Numbered from the stretch's first letter, positions 49,556 to 58,945 are shown. The stretch is 64,000 nt of DNA from an uncultured delta proteobacterium (GCA_963746475.1 CAVVBB010000003.1:368938-432937); one strand, 5' to 3'. Notes: generated by a model from the letters alone, not told the origin. Program-made: numbers and translations.

Positions 49556-50140
49556 CTAGTCGAGGCTGTCCTCTTCGCGCAGTCGAATCTCGCTCTGATT
49601 CTGCGGATAGAGTCCTCGCTTGTCCCGGTAGAAGGCGCGAATTCGATCCATGTCCGCGCGCATGTCTCCGCTGAGCTCGATGCACGGACCGATGCCACCT
49701 TTCTTGTGATCGAAGTCCAAATACGACAGACACACCGGCACCTTGGCCTCCTTGGCAATGTGATAGAAGCCCGACTTCCAATGGTCCGCGTAAGAACGGG
49801 TCCCGGACACGGGAACCAGAAGGGCCAGCTCGTCGGCTTCCTCGAAGCGCCGGACCATCTGTTCCACGACGCCGGCGCCCTTGCGGCGATCGATCGGTAT
49901 CCCTCCGAGCTCCTTCAGCACACGGCCCATCGGCGGCTTGAACAAGTCGTCCTTGCCCATCCACTGCACGTCGATACCCAGAACGGCGGCCATCGCCAAC
50001 ATGGCCGGGCCGTCCCAATTGCTCGTGTGAGGAGCAGCAATGATCACGTACTTGCGCAGACCAGCCGGTGGCCCCCCCTGGAGCTCCCAGCCCGCGAGGC
50101 GCAAATACGCCCTGCCCAGTCCCGCCCTCAGGCGTCTCAT
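49556..50140 (-). CDS. Lysophospholipid / 1-acyl-glycerol-3-phosphate acyltransferase family protein
   Basis: HX4D motif HTSNWD and PVSGTR. The ATG overlaps the upstream stop (ATGA). Confidence 0.8.
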   Translation of the reverse strand: MRRLRAGLGRAYLRLAGWELQGGPPAGLRKYVIIAAPHTSNWDGPAMLAMAAVLGIDVQWMGKDDLFKPPMGRVLKELGGIPIDRRKGAGVVEQMVRRFEEADELALLVPVSGTRSYADHWKSGFYHIAKEAKVPVCLSYLDFDHKKGGIGPCIELSGDMRADMDRIRAFYRDKRGLYPQNQSEIRLREEDSLD

Positions 50141-52401
50141 CGCTCGCCTCCGAGGTTCGCGGGGCGGACGTCGACGACAATCCCGTTGAGCTGGGCCATG
50201 CCTGAGAAGCGCTCCAACGCCTCTGGCCCGTCGGCAGCCAGAAGATTGACGTTGGCTCCCTCCGTCGTGCGCGCGACGCTCAGTCCGTCGGCCTCCTGAT
50301 GCCCCCAGCCGTGCGGCAGCGCGACGGCCCCAACCATCATCTCCTCACTGAGCCGCACGGGAAGGCGTGTCGAAGCCACCTCACTGCTCACCTCCACCAG
50401 GTCTCCCGTCTGAACCCCGACGCGTTCGCCATCGGCGGGGTTCATGTATAGGTAGTTCGTCCGGCGCTTGCCCTCGACGAAGTGCGGGTGATTGTGCAGC
50501 CAGCTGTTGTGGCTGTGGCTCTCACGCTTGCTGATGAGCTTCAGGCGCCCAAGCTGCGCGCGCTCACGCTCGAAGGCCGCGTCGAGCTTTCGCGCCGCTT
50601 GCAGAAATTCCGCCGGAGCGAGGTCGACGAGGCCATCGTCGGTGACGACACGTTTGCCGAGGAAGTCCTCGCCACCATGGGACTGCATGAGGCGCCCATG
50701 CGGATCGGCGCGCAGTCCATCGAGCGAGCCGAGCTTGAACGCCCGCGCCATCATCGCGAGCATGCGCTCGGTGCTGAAGCCCAGACGGCGTCCCAGCACG
50801 GGCAGCCGGCGCAGGTTCAGCCAGCCGTTGAAGACGCCAGCCATCAGCCGGGAGCCGAAGAGCGAAGAGCCACAAGCCCGTGCGAGCTCGAGCAGAATCT
50901 GGGTTTCGTCCCGCTGCTCAGCCTGCAGCGGAACCACCGCATCGGTGTACTGCGCGTAAGGGACCGGCTGAACCCCCATCAGGGACTGAAACACGAAGGG
51001 CAAGTCGGCGCGTTGGAGCCAACTGCTCCCCGGAAGAATGTAGTGCGCGAGATTGGCCGTTTCGTTGCGGAAGATGTCGATCGACACGAGAAGCTCGAGC
51101 GAGCGAAAAGCCTCTTCGAGGCGCCCATTACTATTGGGAACGCTCAGCAGCGGGTTGCCTGAGAGCACGAAGAGTGCGCGAATCTGCCCTCGACCTGGCG
51201 TCAGAATCTCATCGGCCATGAGCCCGGCGGGAAAGGTATCGGCCACGGAGGGGAGCCCTCCAATGCGGGAGCGGTCCGTGCGCATCGTGTGACCGCCACG
51301 CTTGGCGTGCTTTGGAAAATCGGCGACGTAGCCGTGACCGACCAGCGTCCCGCCGAGCCGGTCGAGGTTGCCGGTCACCGCATTGATGCTCTCGAGGATC
51401 CACATTGCGAGCGTGCCGTGGCTTCCCTGGTTGACCCCGGTCGAGAGCTGCAGGGCCGCACCGTCGGCGTCCAGATAGGTCTGAACCATGCTTTGGAGCA
51501 GGTCCGCGGGGATGCCGGTGACCTCTGCGGTCCGCTCGGCTGGCCATGCCTCGCTCAGGGCGATCAAGGCGTCCAGGCCCTTCATGTACTTGGCCACCCG
51601 AGCGCTCTGCACGCCGCCGCGCCGGACGACCTCATGAAAGAAGCTGAGGAGGAAGTAGACATCCGTGTCTGGACGAATGAACACTTGGGTTCCGAGCTGC
51701 TTGGCGGTTTCCGTGCGGCGCGGGTTCACGAAGAACACCTTGCCCCCGCGCTTTTCGATCGCGCGCAGCCGGCGAATCGGGTCCGGTAGCTGAATGAAGC
51801 TTCCGCGGGACACTGCCGGGTTGGTGCCGATGAGGATTAGGCACTGCGTCCGGTCCACATCGGGAAAGGGCTGAATGAACGGGAAGCCGTAGAGCCTTTG
51901 CGCAGCGGCGAACTTGTTGTTGCAGTCCTGCGAGCCCGTCTGAAAGAGGTTCCTCGAGCCCAAGCCCTGCAAGAAGGCCGCGGTCAGAATGGGCGGCAGC
52001 AAGCTGAAGCTAATGGGGTTTCCGAGGTAAGCCGAAACCGAGTCGCCACCGTGCTCCTGCACCATGCGACGCACCTTCGAGCCAATCTCATCCAGTGCCT
52101 GCGTCCAGCTGATCTCTTCGTATCGGTCGCCAACTCGCTTGAGCGGGACCTGCAGCCTGTCGGGTGAATGGTGAAACTCGTGATAGCGGAGGCCCTTGAT
52201 ACAGGCGTAACCCCGGGTCGCGACATGATGCGGATCCGGCTCGAGCCTGATCACCTGATCGCCGTCCACGGTCGCCTTGAGCCCGCAAGTCGCTTCGCAG
52301 ATGCGACAGAACGTGAACTTCTCTTGGCTTGCCACGAGCGCAGCCTGCCAGGGCCGAGCTGTCCGAACAAGGGCGCTGCGCGAAGCGGCCTCGCTTTGCA
52401 T
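50137..52401 (-). CDS. Molybdopterin (bis-MGD) oxidoreductase family protein, cytoplasmic type
   Basis: N-terminal 4Fe-4S motif CRICEATCGL...ACIKG and no Tat signal. The C-terminal MopB barrel motif is GDLVEVSS. ATG at 52401 with GGGGGAG Shine-Dalgarno sequence is preferred over the track start at 52479, which would overlap the divergent gene. Confidence 0.88.
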   Translation of the reverse strand: MQSEAASRSALVRTARPWQAALVASQEKFTFCRICEATCGLKATVDGDQVIRLEPDPHHVATRGYACIKGLRYHEFHHSPDRLQVPLKRVGDRYEEISWTQALDEIGSKVRRMVQEHGGDSVSAYLGNPISFSLLPPILTAAFLQGLGSRNLFQTGSQDCNNKFAAAQRLYGFPFIQPFPDVDRTQCLILIGTNPAVSRGSFIQLPDPIRRLRAIEKRGGKVFFVNPRRTETAKQLGTQVFIRPDTDVYFLLSFFHEVVRRGGVQSARVAKYMKGLDALIALSEAWPAERTAEVTGIPADLLQSMVQTYLDADGAALQLSTGVNQGSHGTLAMWILESINAVTGNLDRLGGTLVGHGYVADFPKHAKRGGHTMRTDRSRIGGLPSVADTFPAGLMADEILTPGRGQIRALFVLSGNPLLSVPNSNGRLEEAFRSLELLVSIDIFRNETANLAHYILPGSSWLQRADLPFVFQSLMGVQPVPYAQYTDAVVPLQAEQRDETQILLELARACGSSLFGSRLMAGVFNGWLNLRRLPVLGRRLGFSTERMLAMMARAFKLGSLDGLRADPHGRLMQSHGGEDFLGKRVVTDDGLVDLAPAEFLQAARKLDAAFERERAQLGRLKLISKRESHSHNSWLHNHPHFVEGKRRTNYLYMNPADGERVGVQTGDLVEVSSEVASTRLPVRLSEEMMVGAVALPHGWGHQEADGLSVARTTEGANVNLLAADGPEALERFSGMAQLNGIVVDVRPANLGGER

Positions 52402-52452
52402 GGGGACTCCCCCTCGGCCCACAATGGCATCGCAAGCGGAAGGAGTGCACTC

Positions 52453-52722
52453 ATGAGCGCAGACAAGCAAGAGAGCCACGTCAAGAAGGACCTACAGGCC
52501 ACGGTGAACGATCTGAAGAAGCTCGCCGATGAAGTTCGGGTCAAGCTCCATTTGGCGGGCATGGACGCCAAGGACGCCTGGGAGAAGATTCAGCCACGCA
52601 TCGAAGAGTTTGGACAGCGCGTCGACGCGACGGCCGGCGATGTCGACGAGGAGCTGCGCAAGTTAGGCGCCGAGATCAAGGCTCGCCTCAGTAGCATCAT
52701 CGAGAAGATCAAGTCGGCCTAG
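52453..52722 (+). CDS. Small helical protein, unknown function
   Basis: An 89-aa ORF from ATG 52453 with GAAGGAG Shine-Dalgarno sequence. Amphipathic, Lys/Glu/Asp-rich sequence, followed by a hairpin. Confidence 0.55.
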   Translation: MSADKQESHVKKDLQATVNDLKKLADEVRVKLHLAGMDAKDAWEKIQPRIEEFGQRVDATAGDVDEELRKLGAEIKARLSSIIEKIKSA

Positions 52723-52730
52723 GCTCGTTT

Positions 52731-52753
52731 CGGCCTGGACCGGTTCCGGGCCG
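52731..52753 (+). terminator. Stem-loop downstream of the small helical protein gene
   Basis: CGGCCTGGA-ccggt-TCCGGGCCG forms a 9-bp stem including one G-U pair. There is no clear U-tract. Confidence 0.4.
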
Positions 52754-52872
52754 AAGCGGCGCTCCCCACTGGCGGGGGCCCCAAAAACGCCTCGTTCGAC
52801 CGGCTTGAGTGGGTGGCAGCACTTTTTTGTTGCAATTACACCACGTTTATGAACCGAATTCACTTTCGTAAG

Positions 52873-52901
52873 TTGACACCGATAACTGTCATAGTTATGA
52901 G
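52873..52901 (+). promoter_or_regulatory. Sigma-70-like promoter TTGACA-17-TATGAG with internal dyad ATAACT-N5-AGTTAT
   Basis: TTGACA at 52873-52878 and TATGAG at 52896-52901. The dyad spans 52882-52898 inside the spacer and overlaps the -10 element. This is the only strongly AT-rich patch in the neighbourhood. Confidence 0.45.
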
Positions 52902-52922
52902 TGGCACATAAGGAGGTGGATT

Positions 52923-53036
52923 ATGGAAATCCTACTTTTGACGCTCGCCGCGTGGGCCGCCTTCGGAGCTGCTGCTTTGCTGCCGGGCTTCATATCCGCT
53001 CAGTTCACTCGCGGTAGCCTCAGCGCGCACGCATGA
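52923..53036 (+). CDS. 37-aa hydrophobic peptide (single predicted TM helix), below the ORF-track cutoff
   Basis: AGGAGG at 52911-52916 lies 6 nt before the ATG. The product is MEILLLTLAAWAAFGAAALLPGFISAQFTRGSLSAHA. Its TGA overlaps the ATG of the MerR gene (ATGA at 53033-53036). Confidence 0.45.
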   Translation: MEILLLTLAAWAAFGAAALLPGFISAQFTRGSLSAHA

Positions 53037-53839
53037 TCAAGCAGGGCGGCGGCCTCCTGGGGCCGCGACGAACGATGGCAGAGCAAGAAGAGCAGATCTA
53101 CACAATCGACGAGCTCGCCGCGGCGACGGGCGTCTCCAGCAGAACGATTCGGTTCTACCAAAGCAAAGGGGCACTCCCGCCGCCCCAGCGTCGCGGGCGG
53201 AAAGCATATTACGGAGAGCCGCATATAAAGCGGCTCGAGCTGATCGCCAAGCTACAAGACCGCGGACTGCAGATTCGCGCGATCCGCAACCTGTGCGAGC
53301 GCCTCGACGGCGGGCAGTCCTCGCTGGAAGGCTGGCTCGGTTTCGAGGCTCAGCTCCGTAGTCCCTGGAGCGGAGACTCTCCGCAACTGCTCGGCGAAGA
53401 AGAGATGCAAGCCCGGCTCGCGGATCGTCCGCCGGGCCTTCTCGGCGCGCTGTTGCATGCCAACTTGGTCGAACGTCAGTCCGATCGGTACCTGGTTCGG
53501 AGCCCGGCCCTGCTGACCATGGCGCTCACGCTCGAGGAGAACGGCATCGGCGTGGATGCGGCCCAGGAAGCTTCACTGATCCTGACGCGGCACCTGTCCA
53601 AGGCGGCGGCCGAGCTGAGTCGTTATTTCAACGAGGAGGTCGACATGCGCGCCGTCGACGAGGAGGGGCCCGAAGCGCTCGGTCAACTCGTGCAGAACCT
53701 CGGACCCGTAGCGCTCGACGCAGCCAAGGTCATCTTCGCCCGCGAAATGCAGCGCGTGATGGAGCAGATGCTGACCGAAGGACAGGTGGGCCTGCTCGGC
53801 CGCCCGCAACGCGGCAAGCGCGAGCCCGATGAGCGCTGA
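53033..53839 (+). CDS. MerR-family transcriptional regulator with uncharacterised C-terminal domain
   Basis: HTH motif YTIDELAAATGVSSRTIRFYQSKGALPPP followed by the dimerisation helix HIKRLELIAKLQDRGLQIRAIRNL. The alternative start is ATG 53075. Confidence 0.85.
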   Translation: MIKQGGGLLGPRRTMAEQEEQIYTIDELAAATGVSSRTIRFYQSKGALPPPQRRGRKAYYGEPHIKRLELIAKLQDRGLQIRAIRNLCERLDGGQSSLEGWLGFEAQLRSPWSGDSPQLLGEEEMQARLADRPPGLLGALLHANLVERQSDRYLVRSPALLTMALTLEENGIGVDAAQEASLILTRHLSKAAAELSRYFNEEVDMRAVDEEGPEALGQLVQNLGPVALDAAKVIFAREMQRVMEQMLTEGQVGLLGRPQRGKREPDER

Positions 53840-53872
53840 GCGCTGAGGGGGAGCGTCGAAGCGGCCCTCTCG

Positions 53873-54931
53873 CTACCGCAAGTCCAGTAGGATTTTGCCG
53901 CTTCGGCCCGGTTCGGAGGCGAGAGCAAGCGCTCTTTGGATGTCCTCGAGCGCAACGGTCTCTTGCACGGGGCTGCTGAGCACGCCCTGGCCGATGAGCT
54001 TGGCCGCGCTGCGCAGCCAAGACAATCGTTGAAGAACGCTCTGTTTGGCGAGCCAGACGGGCAGGTAGAACCCTTCGATGCGCGTACCGGGCATCATCAG
54101 GTCCCGGGGCTCGAGCGGGATCGGCTGGCCGCTGAGCGTGCCGAAGCAGACCATCTGTCCTCCCGGAGACAGACAGCGCAACGCATCGGATGCGCCGGGG
54201 CCGCCCACGCAGTCGAGCACATACGGGACGCCCTGCCCGGCGGTGAGGTCGCGCACAGCCGCCAGCAGGTCCTGGTCCTCTAGCGCGATCACCTGCTGCG
54301 CACCCGCTTGCTCAAGCCGCTCGGCACCCGCACGACTCCGGACGACGTTGATGACCTCGAAGCCGTCGAGCGTCGCCAGGTTCCGCACCATCTGGCCGAG
54401 GACCGAGCCCGCGGCGGTCTGCAGCAGCCATGCGCCGCGGGGCACACCAAGCACGCTGCGGACGAGCGCCAGCGAAGTCAGCGGATTGACGAAGAACGAG
54501 CAGGCTTGCTCGTCCGCCAGCGAAGACGGCACCGGAAACGCTCGGCGCGCTTCGATCGACGCATACTGGCTCCAGGTCCCGTGGGGCGGGCCGGCCACGA
54601 CGGCCACCCGGCGCCCTAGGAGCCCCTTTCCCAGCAAGCCCGGCCCGGCCGCTTCGACCACTCCGACCCCTTCGACACCGAGCGCGTAGGGAGGTCTCGG
54701 AAAAGGGTCCGCGCCCGGCCTCTCGACTGGATCTGCCGCCTCGTAGTTCCAAAGCATCCGCTCGTAGGCTCCAAGGTACGTCCCCCGGATGTAGTTGAAG
54801 TCCGAGGGATGAACGGGTGCGAGCCTCATGCGCACCAGGAGCCGACCGGGGCCCGGGATCGGCTTGTCCCGTTCCTGCACCTGAACGGTGCCGGCATCGG
54901 TGGAAACAGCAGGAAGCCAGGACGTCTTCAT
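53873..54931 (-). CDS. MDR-family NAD(P)H quinone oxidoreductase / enoyl reductase-like
   Basis: LVRMRLAPVHPSDF... and the nucleotide loop LLQTAAGSVLGQMV. Confidence 0.85.
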   Translation of the reverse strand: MKTSWLPAVSTDAGTVQVQERDKPIPGPGRLLVRMRLAPVHPSDFNYIRGTYLGAYERMLWNYEAADPVERPGADPFPRPPYALGVEGVGVVEAAGPGLLGKGLLGRRVAVVAGPPHGTWSQYASIEARRAFPVPSSLADEQACSFFVNPLTSLALVRSVLGVPRGAWLLQTAAGSVLGQMVRNLATLDGFEVINVVRSRAGAERLEQAGAQQVIALEDQDLLAAVRDLTAGQGVPYVLDCVGGPGASDALRCLSPGGQMVCFGTLSGQPIPLEPRDLMMPGTRIEGFYLPVWLAKQSVLQRLSWLRSAAKLIGQGVLSSPVQETVALEDIQRALALASEPGRSGKILLDLR

Positions 54932-54946
54932 GGTGAGCTCCGAGGG

Positions 54947-55756
54947 CTAGGCCGACTTGGGGCCGCTCAGCCCACTCGGCATCTGGAAGGGCCAGTTCGA
55001 GTCGACCGCGCCGCCGTCGACCCGGAGCATCGTCCCGGTGACCCAGCTTCCCGCGTCCGACAGCAAATACAAGGCTGCCGCGGCGATATCCTCGACCGTC
55101 CCGAGGCGCCCGAGCGGGGTGAGATCTTCAATCTTCTTCTTCAGCGATGGATCGGCCGTAACCATGGCGAGGGCGTCCGTCTCCGTCGCCCCCACGGCGA
55201 TGGAGTTGACCCTGATGTGAGGCGCCCACTCGTGTGCGAGCAGCTTGCCCATGTGGACCATGGCCGCTTTCGCGGTCCCATAGGAAATGAAACCGTGGTC
55301 GACGATGTGGGCGAGCGCCGAGGCGATGTTCACGATCGCACCGTGCCCTCGTTCGGCCATCGAAGGCGCGAAGGCACGCGATAAATGAAGGGCGGTCGTC
55401 ACGTTGAAATGAAAGGCGTGCTCGAAATCCTTGTCGCTCACGGACAGAGCGGGGCCGGGCAGCGAGCCACCGACGTTGTTGACCAGAAAGTCCACGCCAC
55501 CGAACTCCTCGAAGGTGCGGGCGATCAGCGCGTCGAGCTGGGCCGTGTCGAGGGCATCGGTGGGCACGACGAGGGCACGACGGCCGAGCGACTCGATACG
55601 TCCGGCCACCTTGCGCAGGGTGTCTTCCCGCCTGGCAGCGAGGACGACGTCGGCCCCGGCCTCGGCGAGCGCAATGGCGATTCCGCGTCCAATCCCGCGA
55701 CCGGCGCCGGTCACGACGGCGACGCGATCCGTCACTTTGAAGCGTTCGAGAATCAT
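54947..55756 (-). CDS. Short-chain dehydrogenase/reductase (SDR)
   Basis: The internal ATG at 55756 has GGAAGGAAA Shine-Dalgarno sequence. Motifs TGAGRGIGRGIA, NNVG and the catalytic YGTAKAA. Confidence 0.92.
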   Translation of the reverse strand: MILERFKVTDRVAVVTGAGRGIGRGIAIALAEAGADVVLAARREDTLRKVAGRIESLGRRALVVPTDALDTAQLDALIARTFEEFGGVDFLVNNVGGSLPGPALSVSDKDFEHAFHFNVTTALHLSRAFAPSMAERGHGAIVNIASALAHIVDHGFISYGTAKAAMVHMGKLLAHEWAPHIRVNSIAVGATETDALAMVTADPSLKKKIEDLTPLGRLGTVEDIAAAALYLLSDAGSWVTGTMLRVDGGAVDSNWPFQMPSGLSGPKSA

Positions 55757-55835
55757 CTGGGTTTCCTTCCGCGTTATCAGCCGCTCTGCTGCGGCCAGCT
55801 TGCGCAACCGAGGTCAGCCCCATAGAGGAGGGGTC

Positions 55836-56495
55836 TTGACCCGGCAGACCGCAGCCTTCTTCGACCTAGACCGGACGTTGCTCGACGTCAACAGCGCTGC
55901 GCTGTGGGCGAAGCACGAGCTGCTCAGCGGAAACATCTCGACTCTGCAGTTCGGAAGAGCGCTGCTTTGGAACGTCCTCTACCACCTATCCCTGGCCGAC
56001 GTCGAGCAAGCGCTGAACCGAGCGGTGCAGCACTACGAGGGACGTCACTACGACGACCTGCAAGAAGAGACGCGGCGCTGGTTCGACAGCGTCGTGGCCC
56101 AGCATCTTCGGCCGAAGGCCCACTGCGCGCTCCGCGCACACAAGCAGCAAATGCACCCACTCGTGCTGCTGACCAGCGCCTCGAGCTTCGAGGCCAGCGT
56201 GGCCGCCTCGGCGTGGGAGCTCGACGCTTGGCTCGCCAATGACTTTCCCACCGACCCTGAGGGTCGCTTGCTCGGGACGCTCGAGACGCCGATCTGCTAC
56301 GGCCCGGGCAAGGTCACGCACGCGACACGCTGGGCGGAGGCCAACGGGGTGGAGCTGAGCCAGAGCTATTTCTACTCGGACTCCTACTCCGACCTTCCGA
56401 TGCTGGAGGCGGTGGGGCATCCTCGCGTGATCAGTCCCGACCCCCTACTCAGGCGAGCGGCTCGCAAACGAGGCTGGCCGATTCTGGACTGGTGA
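55836..56495 (+). CDS. HAD-IB family hydrolase (SerB-like/phosphatase)
   Basis: TTG at 55836 after GAGGAGG. Motif I is FFDLDRTLL; later motifs are LLTSAS and YSDSYSDLPMLE. The long track ORF (from 55431) runs antisense to the SDR gene. Confidence 0.8.
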   Translation: MTRQTAAFFDLDRTLLDVNSAALWAKHELLSGNISTLQFGRALLWNVLYHLSLADVEQALNRAVQHYEGRHYDDLQEETRRWFDSVVAQHLRPKAHCALRAHKQQMHPLVLLTSASSFEASVAASAWELDAWLANDFPTDPEGRLLGTLETPICYGPGKVTHATRWAEANGVELSQSYFYSDSYSDLPMLEAVGHPRVISPDPLLRRAARKRGWPILDW

Positions 56496-56661
56496 AACGG
56501 GGCGCTCGAGAGCCCGCGTTCAAGCTAAGGGGGTGACCTGGATGGCCGGCGATATGGCTATCACGCTACCGGCTCTAGCCCGTATGGCTTCCGGCGACGC
56601 GGAGCCTCCGGCTTGGGCTTGCGCGAGCTCGCTTCGCTGTGCACCTTAGGGGGCTAGAACC

Positions 56662-57210
56662 ATGCACCCCTGGCACGACGTCTACATCGATGAAGATCAG
56701 ATCGACACCGTTTTTCCGGTGGTCATCGAAGTGCCCATGGGCAGCAAGAACAAGTACGAGCTCGATAAGGAAAGCGGCCTGCTGCGCCTCGATCGTGTTT
56801 TGTACAGTGCGGTGCACTACCCGGCGAACTACGGCTTCGTTCCGCGGAGTTTCTGTGACGACGGCGACCCCTTGGACGTGCTCGTCATCGGCCGAGGCCC
56901 CGTCGTTCCCCTGACCATCATCGAAGCCCGTGCAATCGGCGTGATGCGCATGCGAGACGACAAGGGAATCGACGACAAGATCATCTCCATCAGCGAGCGC
57001 GATCCCGAGTACGCTGACATCCGAGAGTTGGACGATCTCGCCGACCATCGCCTGCGCGAGATTCAGCGGTTCTTCGAGGACTACAAAGTGCTGGAACACA
57101 AGGAAGTCATCGTCGAAGGCATGCAAGGCCGTACGGAAGCCGTGACGATCCTCCGTGAATCGCTGAGCCTTTATCGACAGCTTCGCCGCGGCGAGCTCGG
57201 CGTGAAATAG
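56662..57210 (+). CDS. ppa: Inorganic pyrophosphatase (family I)
   Basis: VIEVPMGSKNKYELD, YPANYGFVP and DGDPLDVLV. Confidence 0.96.
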   Translation: MHPWHDVYIDEDQIDTVFPVVIEVPMGSKNKYELDKESGLLRLDRVLYSAVHYPANYGFVPRSFCDDGDPLDVLVIGRGPVVPLTIIEARAIGVMRMRDDKGIDDKIISISERDPEYADIRELDDLADHRLREIQRFFEDYKVLEHKEVIVEGMQGRTEAVTILRESLSLYRQLRRGELGVK

Positions 57211-57290
57211 GGGCACGACGACTTGCCCCGCTGCGAGCCCTTGAATAGGGTACGCGCACACACTGCACATTGTGGGGAAAGGCAAGTGTC

Positions 57291-58067
57291 ATGAAAGCAA
57301 GCATGAAAGGACTGGTCATCGCGAGCAGTCTTGTGATGTTGAGCGCCTGCTCGCACACGAAGAAGGACATGAAAGCCGCGAACGCGCGCATTACAGAGCT
57401 CGCGACTGAAAGCTCGACGCAAGCGCAGCTTCTAGAGGCCTGTAAGCAGGACCGCGAGAAGCTCAACAGGCTCGTCGCCGGCTACACGGCCGACAGCGCC
57501 AAGACCGAAGACCAAATGAAATCCTTGGAAGTGGCCCTCGAAGAGGCGGCCGCGCGCGAGGCCAATGCGCAGCGCCGACTCGCCGAGTACCGCTCGATGC
57601 TCGAGCAGCTCAACAGCATGATCGACGCGGGTCAGCTGCAGGTCCGGATCGAGCGCGGCCAGCTGGTCGTCGCGCTGCCCGAAGCGGTGCTGTTCCCGAG
57701 TGGCAGCGCCCAGCTCAAAAAGGACGGGGAGAAAGTCCTCGCGCAGATCGCGCCGGTCCTCGTGAGCTTGAAGGGCCGAAACTTCCAGGTGGCTGGCTTC
57801 ACCGACAACGTTCCAATTCACACCAAGCGCTTCCCATCCAACTGGGATCTATCGGCCGCCCGCGCGGTCGAAGTGACCGAGCTACTCATCGAGTACGGAA
57901 TGCCTGCTGAGCGCGTTTCGGCTGCGGGCTACGGGGAAACGCACACGGTTGCGAGCAACGACACGCCGGAAGGCCGTGCGCAGAACCGGCGCATCGAGAT
58001 CGGTCTGCTGCCCAATCTCGACGAGCTGCCCGACCTGTCGACCCTCGAGAACGGCAACTCGAAGTAA
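57291..58067 (+). CDS. OmpA/MotB-domain lipoprotein with N-terminal coiled coil
   Basis: Lipobox MLSAC. The OmpA-like C-terminus is FQVAGFTDNVPI...NWDLSAARAVEV...GRAQNRRIEI. Confidence 0.88.
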   Translation: MKASMKGLVIASSLVMLSACSHTKKDMKAANARITELATESSTQAQLLEACKQDREKLNRLVAGYTADSAKTEDQMKSLEVALEEAAAREANAQRRLAEYRSMLEQLNSMIDAGQLQVRIERGQLVVALPEAVLFPSGSAQLKKDGEKVLAQIAPVLVSLKGRNFQVAGFTDNVPIHTKRFPSNWDLSAARAVEVTELLIEYGMPAERVSAAGYGETHTVASNDTPEGRAQNRRIEIGLLPNLDELPDLSTLENGNSK

Positions 58068-58095
58068 GGGAACGCACGAGATCGCCGCGCGATCG

Positions 58096-58130
58096 AAAAC
58101 GCCCCGTTGCCTTGGCGACGGGGCGTTCGT
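58096..58130. terminator. Strong bidirectional terminator hairpin between convergent ompA-like and phosphatase genes
   Basis: AACGCCCCGTTGCC-tt-GGCGACGGGGCGTT forms a 14-bp stem with one mismatch. It is flanked by A-rich sequence upstream (cgaaaa) and T-containing sequence downstream (cgtgttcgtg). Confidence 0.7.
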
Positions 58131-58153
58131 GTTCGTGGGGCTGCAAAATGCGC

Positions 58154-58945
58154 TCAGCCGTCGAGCAGCTCAGCCCTCAGCCGCTCCTGCTCCGCCTCGC
58201 CGAAGCCCAAGGACTCGCTCAGGTAGGCTTGCACGCTGCCGTGCTCCCGAACCATCTCTTCCCTGGCGGCGTTGATGGCCGCGGGATCGACGAAGAACAG
58301 GGCTCGAATGACGGTCAGGTCGAGGTCTTCCACGGGCACTCCACGCGCCCGCGCAGCGGTCGATGCGATCATCTCGAGATAGCGCTCGTTTTCGCTTTCG
58401 CGATAGGGGTTGGACAGCAGGTAGTCCTCCACGATGTCATCCCAGGAGACGCCCAAAGCGGAAAGGACGAGCGCCGAGGCAAAGCCGGTGCGGTCCTTGC
58501 CTTGGGTGCAGTGAAAGACAAGTGGCCGGTTCGCGGGATCCGACACGACACGCATGAACTGCGCGAACGCGGCCCCCGCCTCATTCGCGAGCTGTCGGTT
58601 GATGCGGACGAGCAGGTCGGAGGGTACTTTGGAGAAATCACCCTCGAGAAGCGGGGGAATGATCTCGGCCACCAGATTTCCAGACGCGACCGGAATCGAC
58701 AGGAGCTCGATTCCGTCAGAAAGCAACGGCTCGCCGAAAAACGAAATCTCGGGCTCGGAACGCAGATCGACGACGGTCTTCAGCCCTAGATCGGCCAATG
58801 TTACCTGGTCCGCCGGGCTGAGCTTATTGAGCTCTCCCGAGCGGTAAAGCACTCCCCAACGAACGGTACGACCGTCGCAAGATGAATACCCACCCAGGTC
58901 ACGGAAGTTGGGCTGGCCCTCCAAGGGGATACGTCTCTGGCTCAT
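58154..58945 (-). CDS. Protein-tyrosine phosphatase-like (Y_phosphatase3-type) protein
   Basis: CX5R P-loop HCTQGKDRTG and N-terminal NFRDLGGY. Confidence 0.8.
   Translation of the reverse strand: MSQRRIPLEGQPNFRDLGGYSSCDGRTVRWGVLYRSGELNKLSPADQVTLADLGLKTVVDLRSEPEISFFGEPLLSDGIELLSIPVASGNLVAEIIPPLLEGDFSKVPSDLLVRINRQLANEAGAAFAQFMRVVSDPANRPLVFHCTQGKDRTGFASALVLSALGVSWDDIVEDYLLSNPYRESENERYLEMIASTAARARGVPVEDLDLTVIRALFFVDPAAINAAREEMVREHGSVQAYLSESLGFGEAEQERLRAELLDG

Noticed and set aside
52814-52834. A sigma-54-like TGGCAG ... TTGCA upstream of the small-ORF/MerR module.
   Set aside because: The spacing between the GG and GC dinucleotides is 15 nt, not the required 10, so it does not fit the -24/-12 geometry.
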